Shown here: positions 16,739-25,749 of the stretch, piece by piece | Layout: each line of letters opens with the position of its first letter | How positions within the stretch are numbered: the stretch's first letter is position 1 | Origin: Patescibacteria group bacterium | GTDB taxonomy: Bacteria; Patescibacteriota; Minisyncoccia; 2-02-FULL-40-12; GWA2-44-9 | Assembly: GCA_038064515.1 (NCBI GenBank) | Contig: JBBTSY010000005.1 | Location: 3,100 to 48,092 of the forward strand | Direction: 5' to 3' | DNA length: 44,993 nucleotides | Notes under the pieces: model-generated | Database searches by the model: none | What the model saw: only the letters and a program-made list of their open reading frames with translations | What the model was told of the DNA's origin: nothing | Translations under genes and position numbers: made by a program

Positions 16739-18838
16739 CTTTCCTTCCATAATCTGCGTCGCGATATTGCCTGGAACAGGTTCATAGCGTTCAAACTCCA
16801 TCGTAAACGTACCCCGGCCCTCCGAGAAGGAGCGGATAGTGGTGGCGTATCCGAACATTTCTGAAAGCGGAACGCGCGAGTTAATAATCTTCAAGCCAAG
16901 TATACCTCGATCATCGACGCTCATAATCTGGCCACGGCGCGAGGAAAGATCGCCAGTAGTGGAACCAAGGAAATTGTCTGGAACGATAACTTCGACTTTC
17001 ATGATCGGTTCAAGGATAACCGGCTTGGCGCGCTTGACCGCTTCTTGAAATGCTATTGACCCAGCCACCTTGAAGGCGATTTCGGAAGAATCGACATCGT
17101 GATAAGAGCCATCGTAGACGGTGACTTTAATATCAACAACCGGGAATCCGGCGATAACGCCTTTATCAATGGCTTCACGGACACCTTTTTCAATGGCGGG
17201 GATGAATTCTTGAGGAATTGCGCCACCTTTGACGGCGTTCACAAACTCGAATCCTTCGCCGCGTTCTTTAGGCTCTACTCGCAACCAGCAATGGCCATAC
17301 TGACCGCGACCACCAGACTGCTTGATATATTTGCCCTCTGCCTGGGCTTTTGCGGAAATAGCTTCTTTATAGGCAACCTGCGGGCGACCAACATTTGCCT
17401 CGACGCCGAATTCACGTTTCATGCGCTCAACGAGAATTTCTAAGTGCAATTCACCCATGCCGGCGATGATCATTTCACTGGTCTCCTCATCACTCCGAAT
17501 ACGGAATGTAGGATCTTCATCGGAGAGTTTTTTCAAAGCCATACCCATCTTTTCCTGGTCAGCTTTAGTCTTTGGTTCAATGCGTAAGGAAATAACCGGT
17601 TCTGGAAAGTCGATACCTTCAAGAAGGATCGGATTATCGGGATCGCACAATGTATCCCCCGTTCGGGTATCTTTCAATCCGACTGTGGCGGCGATATTAC
17701 CCGCATAAATTTCTTTTACTTCTTCCCGATCATTGGCATGCATCCGGACAATGCGACTAATACGTTCCTGCTGGCCGCTACGCGTATTGAGGACATAGGA
17801 ACCGGCGGTAATCTTCCCGGAGTACACGCGGAAAAACGTCAAAGCGCCGACATACGGATCAGTCGCGGTTTTAAACGCCAGGGCGGTAAATGGAGCCGAA
17901 TCTTCGGAGGCAATCATTTTCTCTTCACCCGTTTTTTGAACCGTAGCTTTCGCGGGAGGAATATCCAATGGAGACGGGAGGTAGTAGGCCACCGCATCAA
18001 GCACGAGTTGAACGCCTTTATTTTTTAATGCCGAACCGCAAAGCACAGGGAAAATTTTATTTTCAAGCGTTGCCGCGCGAACAATACTTCGCAGACGAGA
18101 AACATCAATTTCTTTTCCCTCAAGGTATTCGGCCATAGCTTGATCGTCTTGCTCGACAATCTTCTCAATCATAGCCGCACGCTCTTTTTTCGCGGCTTCA
18201 ATGAGATGATCAGGAATTTCACCTTTGATGACCTTTTCGCCCTTATCTCCTAAAAACGTAACATATTCCATCGTCATTAGGTCAACGATGCCTTTGAATT
18301 GATCTTCATGACCATCCGGAATTTGAAGTTTCACGGCAAACGGAGAAAGACGTTCAAGGATCGACTGGTAGGAACGCTCAAACGAGGCACCCAAGCGGTC
18401 GAGTTTATTAATAAAGCAGATGCGCGGAACTTTGTAATCGTCCGCATAGCGCCAATTAGTTTCCGATTGAGGTTCCACGCCGGCAACGCCGTCAAACACT
18501 ACCACAGCACCGTCGAGTACGCGCAAAGATCGTTTTACTTCAATAGTAAAGTCGATGTGTCCCGGAGTATCAATGATGTTAAGCTTGACTTTGTCCGCAT
18601 CCTTATCTTTAGCATCGGTCGGGATCCAGTAGGCAGTCGTGGCGGCGGCAGTAATGGTGATACCGCGCTCTCGCTCCTGTTCCATCCAGTCCATAATCGT
18701 ATCGCCTTCGTGAACTTCACCGATTTTGTGAGAAATACCGGTATAAAAAAGAATACGCTCCGATGTCGTCGTTTTGCCTGCATCGATGTGCGCGATAACA
18801 CCGATATTGCGAATTTTTTCAATTGGATAGTCTGCCAT
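16733..18838 (-). CDS. fusA: Elongation factor G
   Basis: 701 aa with AHIDAGKTT and DTPGH motifs and a typical EF-G sequence. Confidence 0.98.
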   Translation of the reverse strand: MADYPIEKIRNIGVIAHIDAGKTTTSERILFYTGISHKIGEVHEGDTIMDWMEQERERGITITAAATTAYWIPTDAKDKDADKVKLNIIDTPGHIDFTIEVKRSLRVLDGAVVVFDGVAGVEPQSETNWRYADDYKVPRICFINKLDRLGASFERSYQSILERLSPFAVKLQIPDGHEDQFKGIVDLMTMEYVTFLGDKGEKVIKGEIPDHLIEAAKKERAAMIEKIVEQDDQAMAEYLEGKEIDVSRLRSIVRAATLENKIFPVLCGSALKNKGVQLVLDAVAYYLPSPLDIPPAKATVQKTGEEKMIASEDSAPFTALAFKTATDPYVGALTFFRVYSGKITAGSYVLNTRSGQQERISRIVRMHANDREEVKEIYAGNIAATVGLKDTRTGDTLCDPDNPILLEGIDFPEPVISLRIEPKTKADQEKMGMALKKLSDEDPTFRIRSDEETSEMIIAGMGELHLEILVERMKREFGVEANVGRPQVAYKEAISAKAQAEGKYIKQSGGRGQYGHCWLRVEPKERGEGFEFVNAVKGGAIPQEFIPAIEKGVREAIDKGVIAGFPVVDIKVTVYDGSYHDVDSSEIAFKVAGSIAFQEAVKRAKPVILEPIMKVEVIVPDNFLGSTTGDLSSRRGQIMSVDDRGILGLKIINSRVPLSEMFGYATTIRSFSEGRGTFTMEFERYEPVPGNIATQIMEGKK

Positions 18839-18863
18839 CTCTTTGTTGTCTTATTTATTTATT

Positions 18864-18977
18864 AAAATTGCCGCAGGATGCTAGAGAGAGGCTCTCGGAG
18901 TGCGACGGCGCGAGAGCGAGATGCCTCAATAGCCTGTTGAGGATATCGTACTCTCGAAGGCATCTTGCGGCAATTTT
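18864..18977 (-). other. Structured 114-nt insert in the rpsG-fusA spacer
   Basis: An 18-bp closing stem pairs aaaattgccgcaggatgc (18864-18881) with gcatcttgcggcaatttt (18960-18977), with one non-Watson-Crick position. Inner stems are cgagag/ctctcg and cctcaa/ttgagg. A U4 run follows on the minus strand. Confidence 0.55.
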
Positions 18978-19443
18978 ACCAAGCGAGGTGAGCAAATGCT
19001 TTGTTGGCTTCAGCCATACGATGAGTATCGTTTCTCTTTTTCACCGCATTACCGGTGTTATTGTATGCGTTGACAAGTTCTTCGGCTAGCTTCTTGCTCA
19101 TTGCTTTGCCCTTCTGACCGCGAGCTGAATCTACAATCCAGCGGATCGCGAGCGCCATTTTTCGTTCAGGACGGACCTCGATAGGCACCTGATAGTTGGC
19201 GCCGCCAACACGGCGAGATTTGAGCTCAACCGTCGGGGTCACATTTTCCATAGCCTTATCGAGAACTTCTAACGCCGGCTTATTGAGCTGTTTTTCAGCG
19301 ATTGCCAAAGCGTCATAGACGATCGAGCGGGCGATTGATTTCTTGCCCTCATGCATAATTTTATTAATAATCTTGGCAATTAAAAAGCTCGAATACTTGA
19401 GATCCGGTTCTATGATTTTACGATTTTTTACTGGTCTGCGCAT
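18976..19443 (-). CDS. rpsG: 30S ribosomal protein S7
   Basis: S7-like sequence and synteny. Confidence 0.96.
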   Translation of the reverse strand: MRRPVKNRKIIEPDLKYSSFLIAKIINKIMHEGKKSIARSIVYDALAIAEKQLNKPALEVLDKAMENVTPTVELKSRRVGGANYQVPIEVRPERKMALAIRWIVDSARGQKGKAMSKKLAEELVNAYNNTGNAVKKRNDTHRMAEANKAFAHLAW

Positions 19444-19446
19444 GGT

Positions 19447-19857
19447 TTATTTAGATTTCTTAACCCCATATTTTGATCTTTCTTGTTTGCGGCCATCAAC
19501 ACCACTTGCATCTAAGCGGCCGCGGACAATATGATAACGGACGCCAGGCAAATCTTTCACTCGGCCGCCGCGGATGATGACAACAGAGTGCTCCTGAAGA
19601 TTGTGGCCAACGCCAGGAATATAGGCGGTAACTTCCATACCATTCGTAAGACGAACACGGGCGATTTTGCGAAGAGCAGAGTTAGGTTTCTTCGGAGTCA
19701 TGGTTTTTACGCTGACGCATACGCCGCGTTTGAACGGTGCGTTATAAAACACGGGGCGATTCTTAAGCGTGTTAAAGCCAAACGTCATCGCAGGCGATTT
19801 GGTTTTCGCTTGAGTAATACGTCTCGGCCTCTTCATCATTTGATTAAACGTCGGCAT
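19447..19857 (-). CDS. rpsL: 30S ribosomal protein S12
   Basis: I chose the start at [13 protein letters not shown] (ATG at 19857). [10 protein letters not shown] motif. Confidence 0.96.
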   Translation of the reverse strand: MPTFNQMMKRPRRITQAKTKSPAMTFGFNTLKNRPVFYNAPFKRGVCVSVKTMTPKKPNSALRKIARVRLTNGMEVTAYIPGVGHNLQEHSVVIIRGGRVKDLPGVRYHIVRGRLDASGVDGRKQERSKYGVKKSK

Positions 19858-19956
19858 AATAAAAACAGATGCTAACAACAAAAGTGAGCAAGGGAAATGG
19901 TATCAGAAAAAAAGAGGAGCGTCAAACCATCTCAATTCTTGAGTACTGGCAAAACC

Positions 19957-20589
19957 TTAGTATATCGACAGTCCCGGCACGCCAGAAACGAGCCGAAAAA
20001 GATACATAATAATGAAGAAAATTCGGGGAAAGATGAAGATAATAAAGATAAAAAGGAGCGGCAAACTGTACCGATAGAGGAAGGTCCGAAATGCAAGGAA
20101 TCGAGCGGGCAATACCGAAAAGAGCAGCCAATGGCCATCGAGGGGCGGGATGGGAACCAGATTAAAAATGGCGAGTGAAATGTTAATTAGAATAATCACT
20201 TGGATTAACTCTAGCATCACCGGTGAGATCATCGTACCCACCAGGATTCGGTACACAACACCGAAAAGCAGAGCTAGGATGATGTTTGAGGCAGGTCCCG
20301 CCAGCGCGACCTTTGCCGGACCATGCCGATGATCGCTCAAATTACGCGGATCATAAGGCACTGGCTTTGCGTAGCCGACGGTAAAGCCAGTAGAGATAAA
20401 GAGAATAAGCGGCAAAAAGAATGAACCGAAAGGATCAAGATGTTTGAATGGATTAAGCGTAAGTCGCCCGGCATTTTTTGCCGTATTATCTCCGAGCGCG
20501 TGCGCCACGATACCATGAGAAACTTCGTGAATTACCACGGAGTACACCAGGACTACAATTTGGAAAATAATGATGATTCCCTCCGGCAT
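19957..20589 (-). CDS. Site-2-protease-type (M50-like) membrane zinc metalloprotease
   Basis: HEVSHG (HExxH) lies in the first TM segment. The protein is multi-pass hydrophobic. Confidence 0.75.
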   Translation of the reverse strand: MPEGIIIIFQIVVLVYSVVIHEVSHGIVAHALGDNTAKNAGRLTLNPFKHLDPFGSFFLPLILFISTGFTVGYAKPVPYDPRNLSDHRHGPAKVALAGPASNIILALLFGVVYRILVGTMISPVMLELIQVIILINISLAIFNLVPIPPLDGHWLLFSVLPARFLAFRTFLYRYSLPLLFIFIIFIFPRIFFIIMYLFRLVSGVPGLSIY

Positions 20590-20710
20590 ATTGAAAAAAT
20601 ATCATTATTGATGTAGTATGTAAAACACATTTGAAATATGTGACAAGAGACACGAGACAAGAATTACACAGACTTGTCCCTTATTGCCTGTCACTTGTCT
20701 CACTAAAAAC

Positions 20711-20944
20711 ATGGCAACACGCTGTCCACAATGTGGCAAAAAACCAATCATGGTTACCACCCGAGTCCTTTTGCGTGGCCATTATAACCCTACGGCAAAA
20801 CACCGAAGCTATCCTAACCTTCAATGGGCTAAAGTAGATGGCAAGCGAAGAAAAATCTGCACCGATTGCATTAAGACGCTTAATAAGCCCGCCCGAGTGC
20901 GCACTTCTCGAGCAAAGATAGCGACCACAGCCGCGACCACATAA
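20711..20944 (+). CDS. rpmB: 50S ribosomal protein L28
   Basis: I chose the start at MATRCPQCGKKP. It has the L28-like pattern with PNLQ and a small basic protein character. Confidence 0.75.
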   Translation: MATRCPQCGKKPIMVTTRVLLRGHYNPTAKHRSYPNLQWAKVDGKRRKICTDCIKTLNKPARVRTSRAKIATTAATT

Positions 20945-20952
20945 CAAACTTA

Positions 20953-20986
20953 GAAGAACCCCCCGCCGTATGGCGGGGGGTTCTTC
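20953..20986 (+). terminator. 15-bp-stem hairpin after rpmB
   Basis: gaagaaccccccgcc pairs with ggcggggggttcttc. There is no clean U-run. Confidence 0.45.
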
Positions 20987-21030
20987 ATTAGACATTGCGC
21001 AATGAAGCAGTATATAATTTCGATACGCAA

Positions 21031-21101
21031 CGGGCTGTGGTATAACGGTATTACGCATGGCTGGGGGTCATGTAACCCGGGTCCAACTCCCGGCAGCCCG
21101 A
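21031..21101 (+). tRNA. tRNA-Pro (anticodon GGG)
   Basis: Cloverleaf folded by hand. The acceptor stem is CGGGCUG/CAGCCCG with the C1-G72 pair and A73 typical of bacterial tRNA-Pro. The anticodon loop is CUGGGGG with G37. The T-loop UCCAACU has C at position 55, which is atypical. No CCA is encoded. Confidence 0.65.
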
Positions 21102-21104
21102 CAT

Positions 21105-21315
21105 CAGAAATAAAAATAGAGCCGTTCTGCGGCTCTATTTTTATTTCTGATGTCGCAATTACTGAACGCCGCTCGAACCTTTTTTGAACAAAACTCTTGA
21201 TTGCCGCGCTTCGCGCGGCAGGAACGAAATCTAACGCTCGGGCGGGCAAAAAGAAAGGGGGTTGGGGGGAATGAATTTTTGCCCGCCCTCGCTTTCCGCC
21301 GCCGCCGAATTTCGT
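21105..21315. repeat. Left copy of a perfect 211-bp inverted repeat
   Basis: It is the reverse complement of 23334-23544, checked base by base. It contains three hairpins: a 20-25-bp AU-rich stem, tgccgcgc-TTCG-gcgcggca, and gggcgggcaaaaa..tttttgcccgccc with a C/G-rich loop. Confidence 0.9.
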
Positions 21316-21473
21316 ATTTCGCTTTGCGAAATGCGCCGCAGAAAAGAGAGGAGTTGTGTTTGCCCCGCCCTCCCGTGCGCACACAACAAAGTTTTTACTC
21401 CCATTTATCATATATTGGATTATAATACACTCTTGTTAAAGAGTGCAATAGACGCTATATTACAACCAAGTTT

Positions 21474-22568
21474 ATGAACGGAAAAATTACATTTAGCAAT
21501 TCCAGTCTTGAGTCTATTAACGGGATAGATTATTTACGCTTGAGAGAGGAAAGTCATTACAAAACCGGCCTTGCCGCCGGAAATCTTTTTGTTAAATCAA
21601 ACTATAAAATAATCAGGCTTTTAAAAAATCCTTTCGTAAATATAATTTTGTGGTTTCTTCGCCTTAAATACGAAAAGAAAATTCCAGAAGTCCGCATTCC
21701 AAAAGAATATCAAGATGAACTTAGAGGTTGTGCGGAGGCGACAAAAATTCCATATAAATATCTACTCTTAATAAATTTAATCTACGAAATTAGGGGGTGT
21801 TCCGGTTTTGTTTTTTTTAATCCTGATGGATCCTTACTTCTTGGACACAATACTGATGTCTCAAAAATGTTGGCAAAGCTTGCTCTTCGTTACATGAAGC
21901 CGCTCGTAACGGATGTATCAATCCCTGGAAAGAATAATTTTGTTCATGTTGCTATGCCTCTCATTTTGGGGGCGATAAATGGTTTTAATGATAAAGGCAT
22001 AGCAGTATCTTCACATGATGCTGGAGGCATCTACGCTAAAGTTGTGAAAAATAACACCAGCACTTCGTGTCTTGTAAAAATGGTTCTAGAAAATGCCGAG
22101 AGTTTAGCTGAAGTTCAAAAGACAGCACAGGAAAATCTTGCTTATTATCCTGGAATTATGATTGTTGCGAGTGCGCGTGAGCGTAAAGCTTCTATACTTG
22201 AAGCTTATCCGTCAGATTTTGATTTTGTGTCTTTCACAAACACTTCTTATATTTTTTCTGCAAATCACTATCAGAGCGACAAAATGAGAAAATATCATAG
22301 AGAAGTTAAAAAGGGTAGTTTGGATAGATTAACTTGCCTACAAGGAAGTTTATCTGGAAAAAATATTTTGTCGGTTCAAGAAGCTATCCAAATTTTGAAA
22401 GACCACAGAAATGGCATACACCGCGACACAACCGGATATTCAATAGCGAATATAGGGACATTTCAAAGTTTTATTTTTGATGTAACGAGGAGTAAAGTTT
22501 ATATTTCAAATGGTAAAAAATTACCTGTTCCTTTGCACGGTAATTTTGTCAAAATCAGTGCTTTATGA
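21474..22568 (+). CDS. Ntn-hydrolase, peptidase C45 / acyltransferase-like protein
   Basis: GCSGFVFFNPDGSLLLGHNTD resembles the catalytic-Cys block of the C45 / choloylglycine-hydrolase-type family. Confidence 0.6.
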   Translation: MNGKITFSNSSLESINGIDYLRLREESHYKTGLAAGNLFVKSNYKIIRLLKNPFVNIILWFLRLKYEKKIPEVRIPKEYQDELRGCAEATKIPYKYLLLINLIYEIRGCSGFVFFNPDGSLLLGHNTDVSKMLAKLALRYMKPLVTDVSIPGKNNFVHVAMPLILGAINGFNDKGIAVSSHDAGGIYAKVVKNNTSTSCLVKMVLENAESLAEVQKTAQENLAYYPGIMIVASARERKASILEAYPSDFDFVSFTNTSYIFSANHYQSDKMRKYHREVKKGSLDRLTCLQGSLSGKNILSVQEAIQILKDHRNGIHRDTTGYSIANIGTFQSFIFDVTRSKVYISNGKKLPVPLHGNFVKISAL

Positions 22569-22771
22569 AAAATATTTCTACAAAAATCGGCAAAAATTTA
22601 AAACGAATCAGAACTGAAAAGAAAATGTCGCAGGGCGACATTTCTAGGAAGTTAGGCATGGACAGAGGGTATATAAGTGGTGTTGAAAATGGAAAAAGAA
22701 ACCCGACAGTTGCCACAGTTGAAAAACTGGCAAACGCCTTAGGTATTTCCGTTGACGAATTATTGAAATGA
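22565..22771 (+). CDS. XRE-family helix-turn-helix transcriptional regulator
   Basis: 68 aa with the classical HTH_3 pattern (LKRIRTEKKMSQGDISRKLGMDRGYISGVENGKRNPTVATVEKLANALG). Confidence 0.85.
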   Translation: MKNISTKIGKNLKRIRTEKKMSQGDISRKLGMDRGYISGVENGKRNPTVATVEKLANALGISVDELLK

Positions 22772-23280
22772 AAAACTACAGAAAAATTCTCGGATTACTG
22801 TCTGGAATTATGGCAATTGCGATGCTCATAATTCCGATTTTCTTTTACAGAAATTTGAGTGAAGTAGCCAAAAGCACCGGGTACGTTGGGTATTTTTTCG
22901 CAAATTATTTCGGCTTTGGAATCTATACACTTCCTTTCCTCGTAAAAATATTAAATCCATTTTTACTAATTATAATCGGTGCTTTTGGCTTAACTATTGA
23001 TGAATTTTTTGCATGGTATGCGGGCAATGTTTCAGAAGAACTCGACCGTTCTAAAAAATTTCACAACAAGATACAATCTTATGTTGAACGATATGGACTT
23101 CTTGCCATATTCATATTTGGTTTATTACCTCTGCCCGGAATAGTTTATGCCATATCAGGCTTTGCCGCAGGGCATTTCAAAATTCCTTTTTACAAATTTT
23201 TTCTTACAAACTTTTCCGCAAAGCTAATCCGAACAACAATAATTGTAATTGGACTTTTGGTATTTTTTGAAAAAATTTGA
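22768..23280 (+). CDS. DedA/YqaA-like (VTT-domain-like) membrane protein
   Basis: 170 aa with 4-5 TM segments. The GLLPLPG...SGFAAG pattern resembles YqaA/DedA. Confidence 0.55.
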   Translation: MKNYRKILGLLSGIMAIAMLIIPIFFYRNLSEVAKSTGYVGYFFANYFGFGIYTLPFLVKILNPFLLIIIGAFGLTIDEFFAWYAGNVSEELDRSKKFHNKIQSYVERYGLLAIFIFGLLPLPGIVYAISGFAAGHFKIPFYKFFLTNFSAKLIRTTIIVIGLLVFFEKI

Positions 23281-23333
23281 GAATAAGGCATAAATTGGGT
23301 AGAATAACATTGCGGTGTGCTAACTTCGTTGGC

Positions 23334-23544
23334 ACGAAATTCGGCGGCGGCGGAAAGCGAGGGCGGGCAAAAATTCATTCCCCCCAACCCCCTTTCTTTT
23401 TGCCCGCCCGAGCGTTAGATTTCGTTCCTGCCGCGCGAAGCGCGGCAATCAAGAGTTTTGTTCAAAAAAGGTTCGAGCGGCGTTCAGTAATTGCGACATC
23501 AGAAATAAAAATAGAGCCGCAGAACGGCTCTATTTTTATTTCTG
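23334..23544. repeat. Right copy of the perfect 211-bp inverted repeat
   Basis: Reverse complement of 21105-21315. Confidence 0.9.
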
Positions 23545-24158
23545 TTTATGCAGGCAAGGAGCAGTTGAGGAGCAAAGGCGACGAAATGCCAAAGTCAGTA
23601 GACGTGGTGCCCGACAGTAGCAAACCAAAAATCCGTCCTGCGACGGGTTTTTGGTTATCCTCACAAGCTCCTCCGTACATATTGAGGTGGCCTAGCTTTT
23701 TACTCCACGTGTGTGAGTCCGCAAGGCGATTTTTCGGAAGTCCTTTTTAGGGAACCTCACCAAAATGACCTAATATAGGGCTACAAGAGTATATTGTCAT
23801 AAATGATCCAGGTCCTACTAAATACGGGAGGGCTCATTCATAGTATACACCCTGTTCTTAAGCATCCTGCGGACAAGCTGTGTTTCTTTTGTGAATAAAC
23901 TGTGCATGAGTGCGCCTTCGCTCGCGAAGATAGCCGCAAAAAACGGCCATGACTGACTGAAGCACCACAAAACGGCATGGGAGCTATTGACAAATTTCAA
24001 ACAAACGAAAAGGCCCCCTCATCAGCAAAAGACTTAAGCTATTTAAATGTGTGGGTCTCCGCAGAAGTGCCCCACGGGGCAAAACGATATAGGAATCCCG
24101 AGTTAAATAATTTGTTCTAAAGCTTAGGCCAACGAGGAGGCCCACTGCCAGTATACTC
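23545..24158. other. ORF-poor 614-nt region of unknown function
   Basis: Only short ORFs that look spurious. It holds a 15-bp-stem hairpin at 23623-23656 and a small CUUCG-CUCG-CGAAG hairpin. Possible long-range pairings are CTCCTC (23669-23674) with GAGGAG (24134-24139), and GGCCTAGC (23689-23696) with GCTTAGGCC (24122-24130). Confidence 0.3.
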
Positions 24159-24686
24159 CTATTTCTTCCATTCCGAAACAGAACCCCTGTTAAGCATATT
24201 ATCTGCCATTTCTAACTCTTCATAGATACCATCGATAAGGTCTACGGCTTTTGCTTCTTCCAAATTTACCCACCGAAATTCAGTCATGCTTTCATCAAGT
24301 ACAACTTCTCCGCTAGCATAATCGGCAAGACATGAAATAACGAGTGATGGATACTCATCGTGCGCCTGCCTGCCGGCCCGCTTCGCCGGAGCTTTAGCGA
24401 GGCGAGCAGGCAGGTCCGCAAGCGAAGTTACATACCGGATATTCTTAATTTCAATCCCCGCTTCTTCTTCTACTTCGCGTCGAAGTGTACGTTCCAGCAC
24501 ATTATACCAATAATCAGGAGTGTCTTTGGGAAGATGTACATAATCTTCCGTGTCTAGCTTTCCACCCGGCACGGTCCAGCGTGACGGAAATTTTTTCTCC
24601 CGTGCCGCGCGTTGCAACACTAAATATTTCCCGTCTTTCACGACAATGGCCGTAATGACAACTTTAAATAGTTTCTTAGGATCCAT
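24159..24686 (-). CDS. Nudix hydrolase with a palindrome-derived in-frame insert
   Basis: Nudix box GGKLDTEDY..x..REVEEEAGIEI. A low-complexity LPARLAKAPAKRAGRQA segment is encoded by repeat 24365-24414. Confidence 0.85.
   Translation of the reverse strand: MDPKKLFKVVITAIVVKDGKYLVLQRAAREKKFPSRWTVPGGKLDTEDYVHLPKDTPDYWYNVLERTLRREVEEEAGIEIKNIRYVTSLADLPARLAKAPAKRAGRQAHDEYPSLVISCLADYASGEVVLDESMTEFRWVNLEEAKAVDLIDGIYEELEMADNMLNRGSVSEWKK
24365..24414. repeat. Expanded palindrome copy (arms CCTGCCTGCC and GCAGGCAGG separated by about 31 nt) inside the Nudix gene
   Basis: Read directly. It is in frame, since the ORF continues through it. Confidence 0.7.
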
Positions 24687-25747
24687 TAGAGATTTAGAAC
24701 TTTAACCAACTGTTTAATTAGGGCAACTACGACCGGTGGCGCCAGGAGGCTATAAGACAGTTCGCCCTCGTCATCTTTAATAATCCATGGAGATTCTTTA
24801 ATGATGACCTCTTTTTTCTTTGCATCCCAGGCGTACGAAGAAACTGGAGTTAATTCATAGTCATCTACAAATTTCTTTGCATCTTTTACTGAAATTGAAT
24901 TTCGCAAGTAAATTTTTGGTACTCCTTGAAGTTGAAGCAACTGTGACATAACTTTTTTATCTACTTCGAGCCGATCCCGGATTGCTTCAATACCAAATTC
25001 ATCCCCTTCCTTCCCCCTCATCCTTGCTCCATCGTTATCACAAATCAAATAAAATTCTTTTATCTTTTCATCATAACCGACACGCTGTGTGCGCAATAAC
25101 TTTAAACTGCGGGATGTTTGGCATTTTGGACAGATAACTCGGGTTTTAAATCGTTCTGCTAAAATCGTTTCGGGGACGTGCAGAAAAATAAAAAAGTCAG
25201 GATCATCTCGATAGCCCATCAAGGCTCGAAAATACAAAGATGTTTGAACCTGATCAAGGTTGCGAGGAAAACCATCAATAAATACCGGCTTTCGATTTAA
25301 GCGGTCAACTTCGCGTTCAACAAGAGCAAGAATTACTTCGTTTGGTAATAAGGTTTTGGTATCTCGACCGAGGATAATATCGATTGCTTGTTCTGCTGAT
25401 ATATATCCGCGATAACGCTCTTTTAAAAATGTTATTAGTTCTTTTTTGTCTTTTGCATGAGCAAGAGATTTGTGAACACTGCGAACGATATCACCAACCG
25501 ATAAATGGGCCACGAGATCAGCATCAAGAGCTTCGAGAAAAAGTTTTGCATAGGTGCCTTTCCCTGAGTTTTTTGGACCCAAGAAAAACCCCATGAAAGT
25601 ATTTTTTTTAAGATACTTTCTTAATTTCTTTATTTCTGAACCGGCTTTAAAATCAAAATATCTCCTTCGTTGAGCACGGTTTTCAAGATTAAACTTCTGC
25701 TCACCCATCTTAGTTTTAAACGGCGAAAAATTTGCAACACTTTTCAT
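24686..25747 (-). CDS. Adenylate-kinase-like nucleotide kinase, long form
   Basis: P-loop GPKNSGKGTYA and a LID-like CPKCQ...CDNDG motif. 353 aa with a C-terminal extension. It is not located after secY. Confidence 0.65.
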   Translation of the reverse strand: MKSVANFSPFKTKMGEQKFNLENRAQRRRYFDFKAGSEIKKLRKYLKKNTFMGFFLGPKNSGKGTYAKLFLEALDADLVAHLSVGDIVRSVHKSLAHAKDKKELITFLKERYRGYISAEQAIDIILGRDTKTLLPNEVILALVEREVDRLNRKPVFIDGFPRNLDQVQTSLYFRALMGYRDDPDFFIFLHVPETILAERFKTRVICPKCQTSRSLKLLRTQRVGYDEKIKEFYLICDNDGARMRGKEGDEFGIEAIRDRLEVDKKVMSQLLQLQGVPKIYLRNSISVKDAKKFVDDYELTPVSSYAWDAKKKEVIIKESPWIIKDDEGELSYSLLAPPVVVALIKQLVKVLNL

Positions 25748-25749
25748 GA

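Noticed and set aside
21262-21477. A Cys-rich 71-aa ORF starts inside the left inverted repeat and ends in an ATGA overlap with the C45-like gene. It could be a precursor peptide.
   Set aside because: The first 15-18 codons are just the repeat sequence. The mirror-image ORF from the right repeat (23190..23387) runs antisense through the membrane protein gene and must be spurious. The start is TTG or an ATG embedded in a hairpin arm. Support is insufficient.
23737-24139. Possible RNase P RNA, based on GGAAGUCC and AAAGCUUA as P4 strands with CTCCTC/GAGGAG as P1.
   Set aside because: The other universally conserved blocks (GAGGAAAGUCC context, GGUAA, AGGGUGAAA-type J11/12, ACAGAA) were not found. 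The P4 pairing needs several bulges and the implied length is too long. I keep it only as an unassigned ORF-free region.
23545-24158. tmRNA, SRP RNA or 6S RNA in the ORF-free region.
   Set aside because: There is no tRNA-like acceptor and T-arm ending in CCACCA. There is no plausible tag reading frame and no SRP domain IV GGAA-tetraloop motif. 6S RNA cannot be judged by eye.
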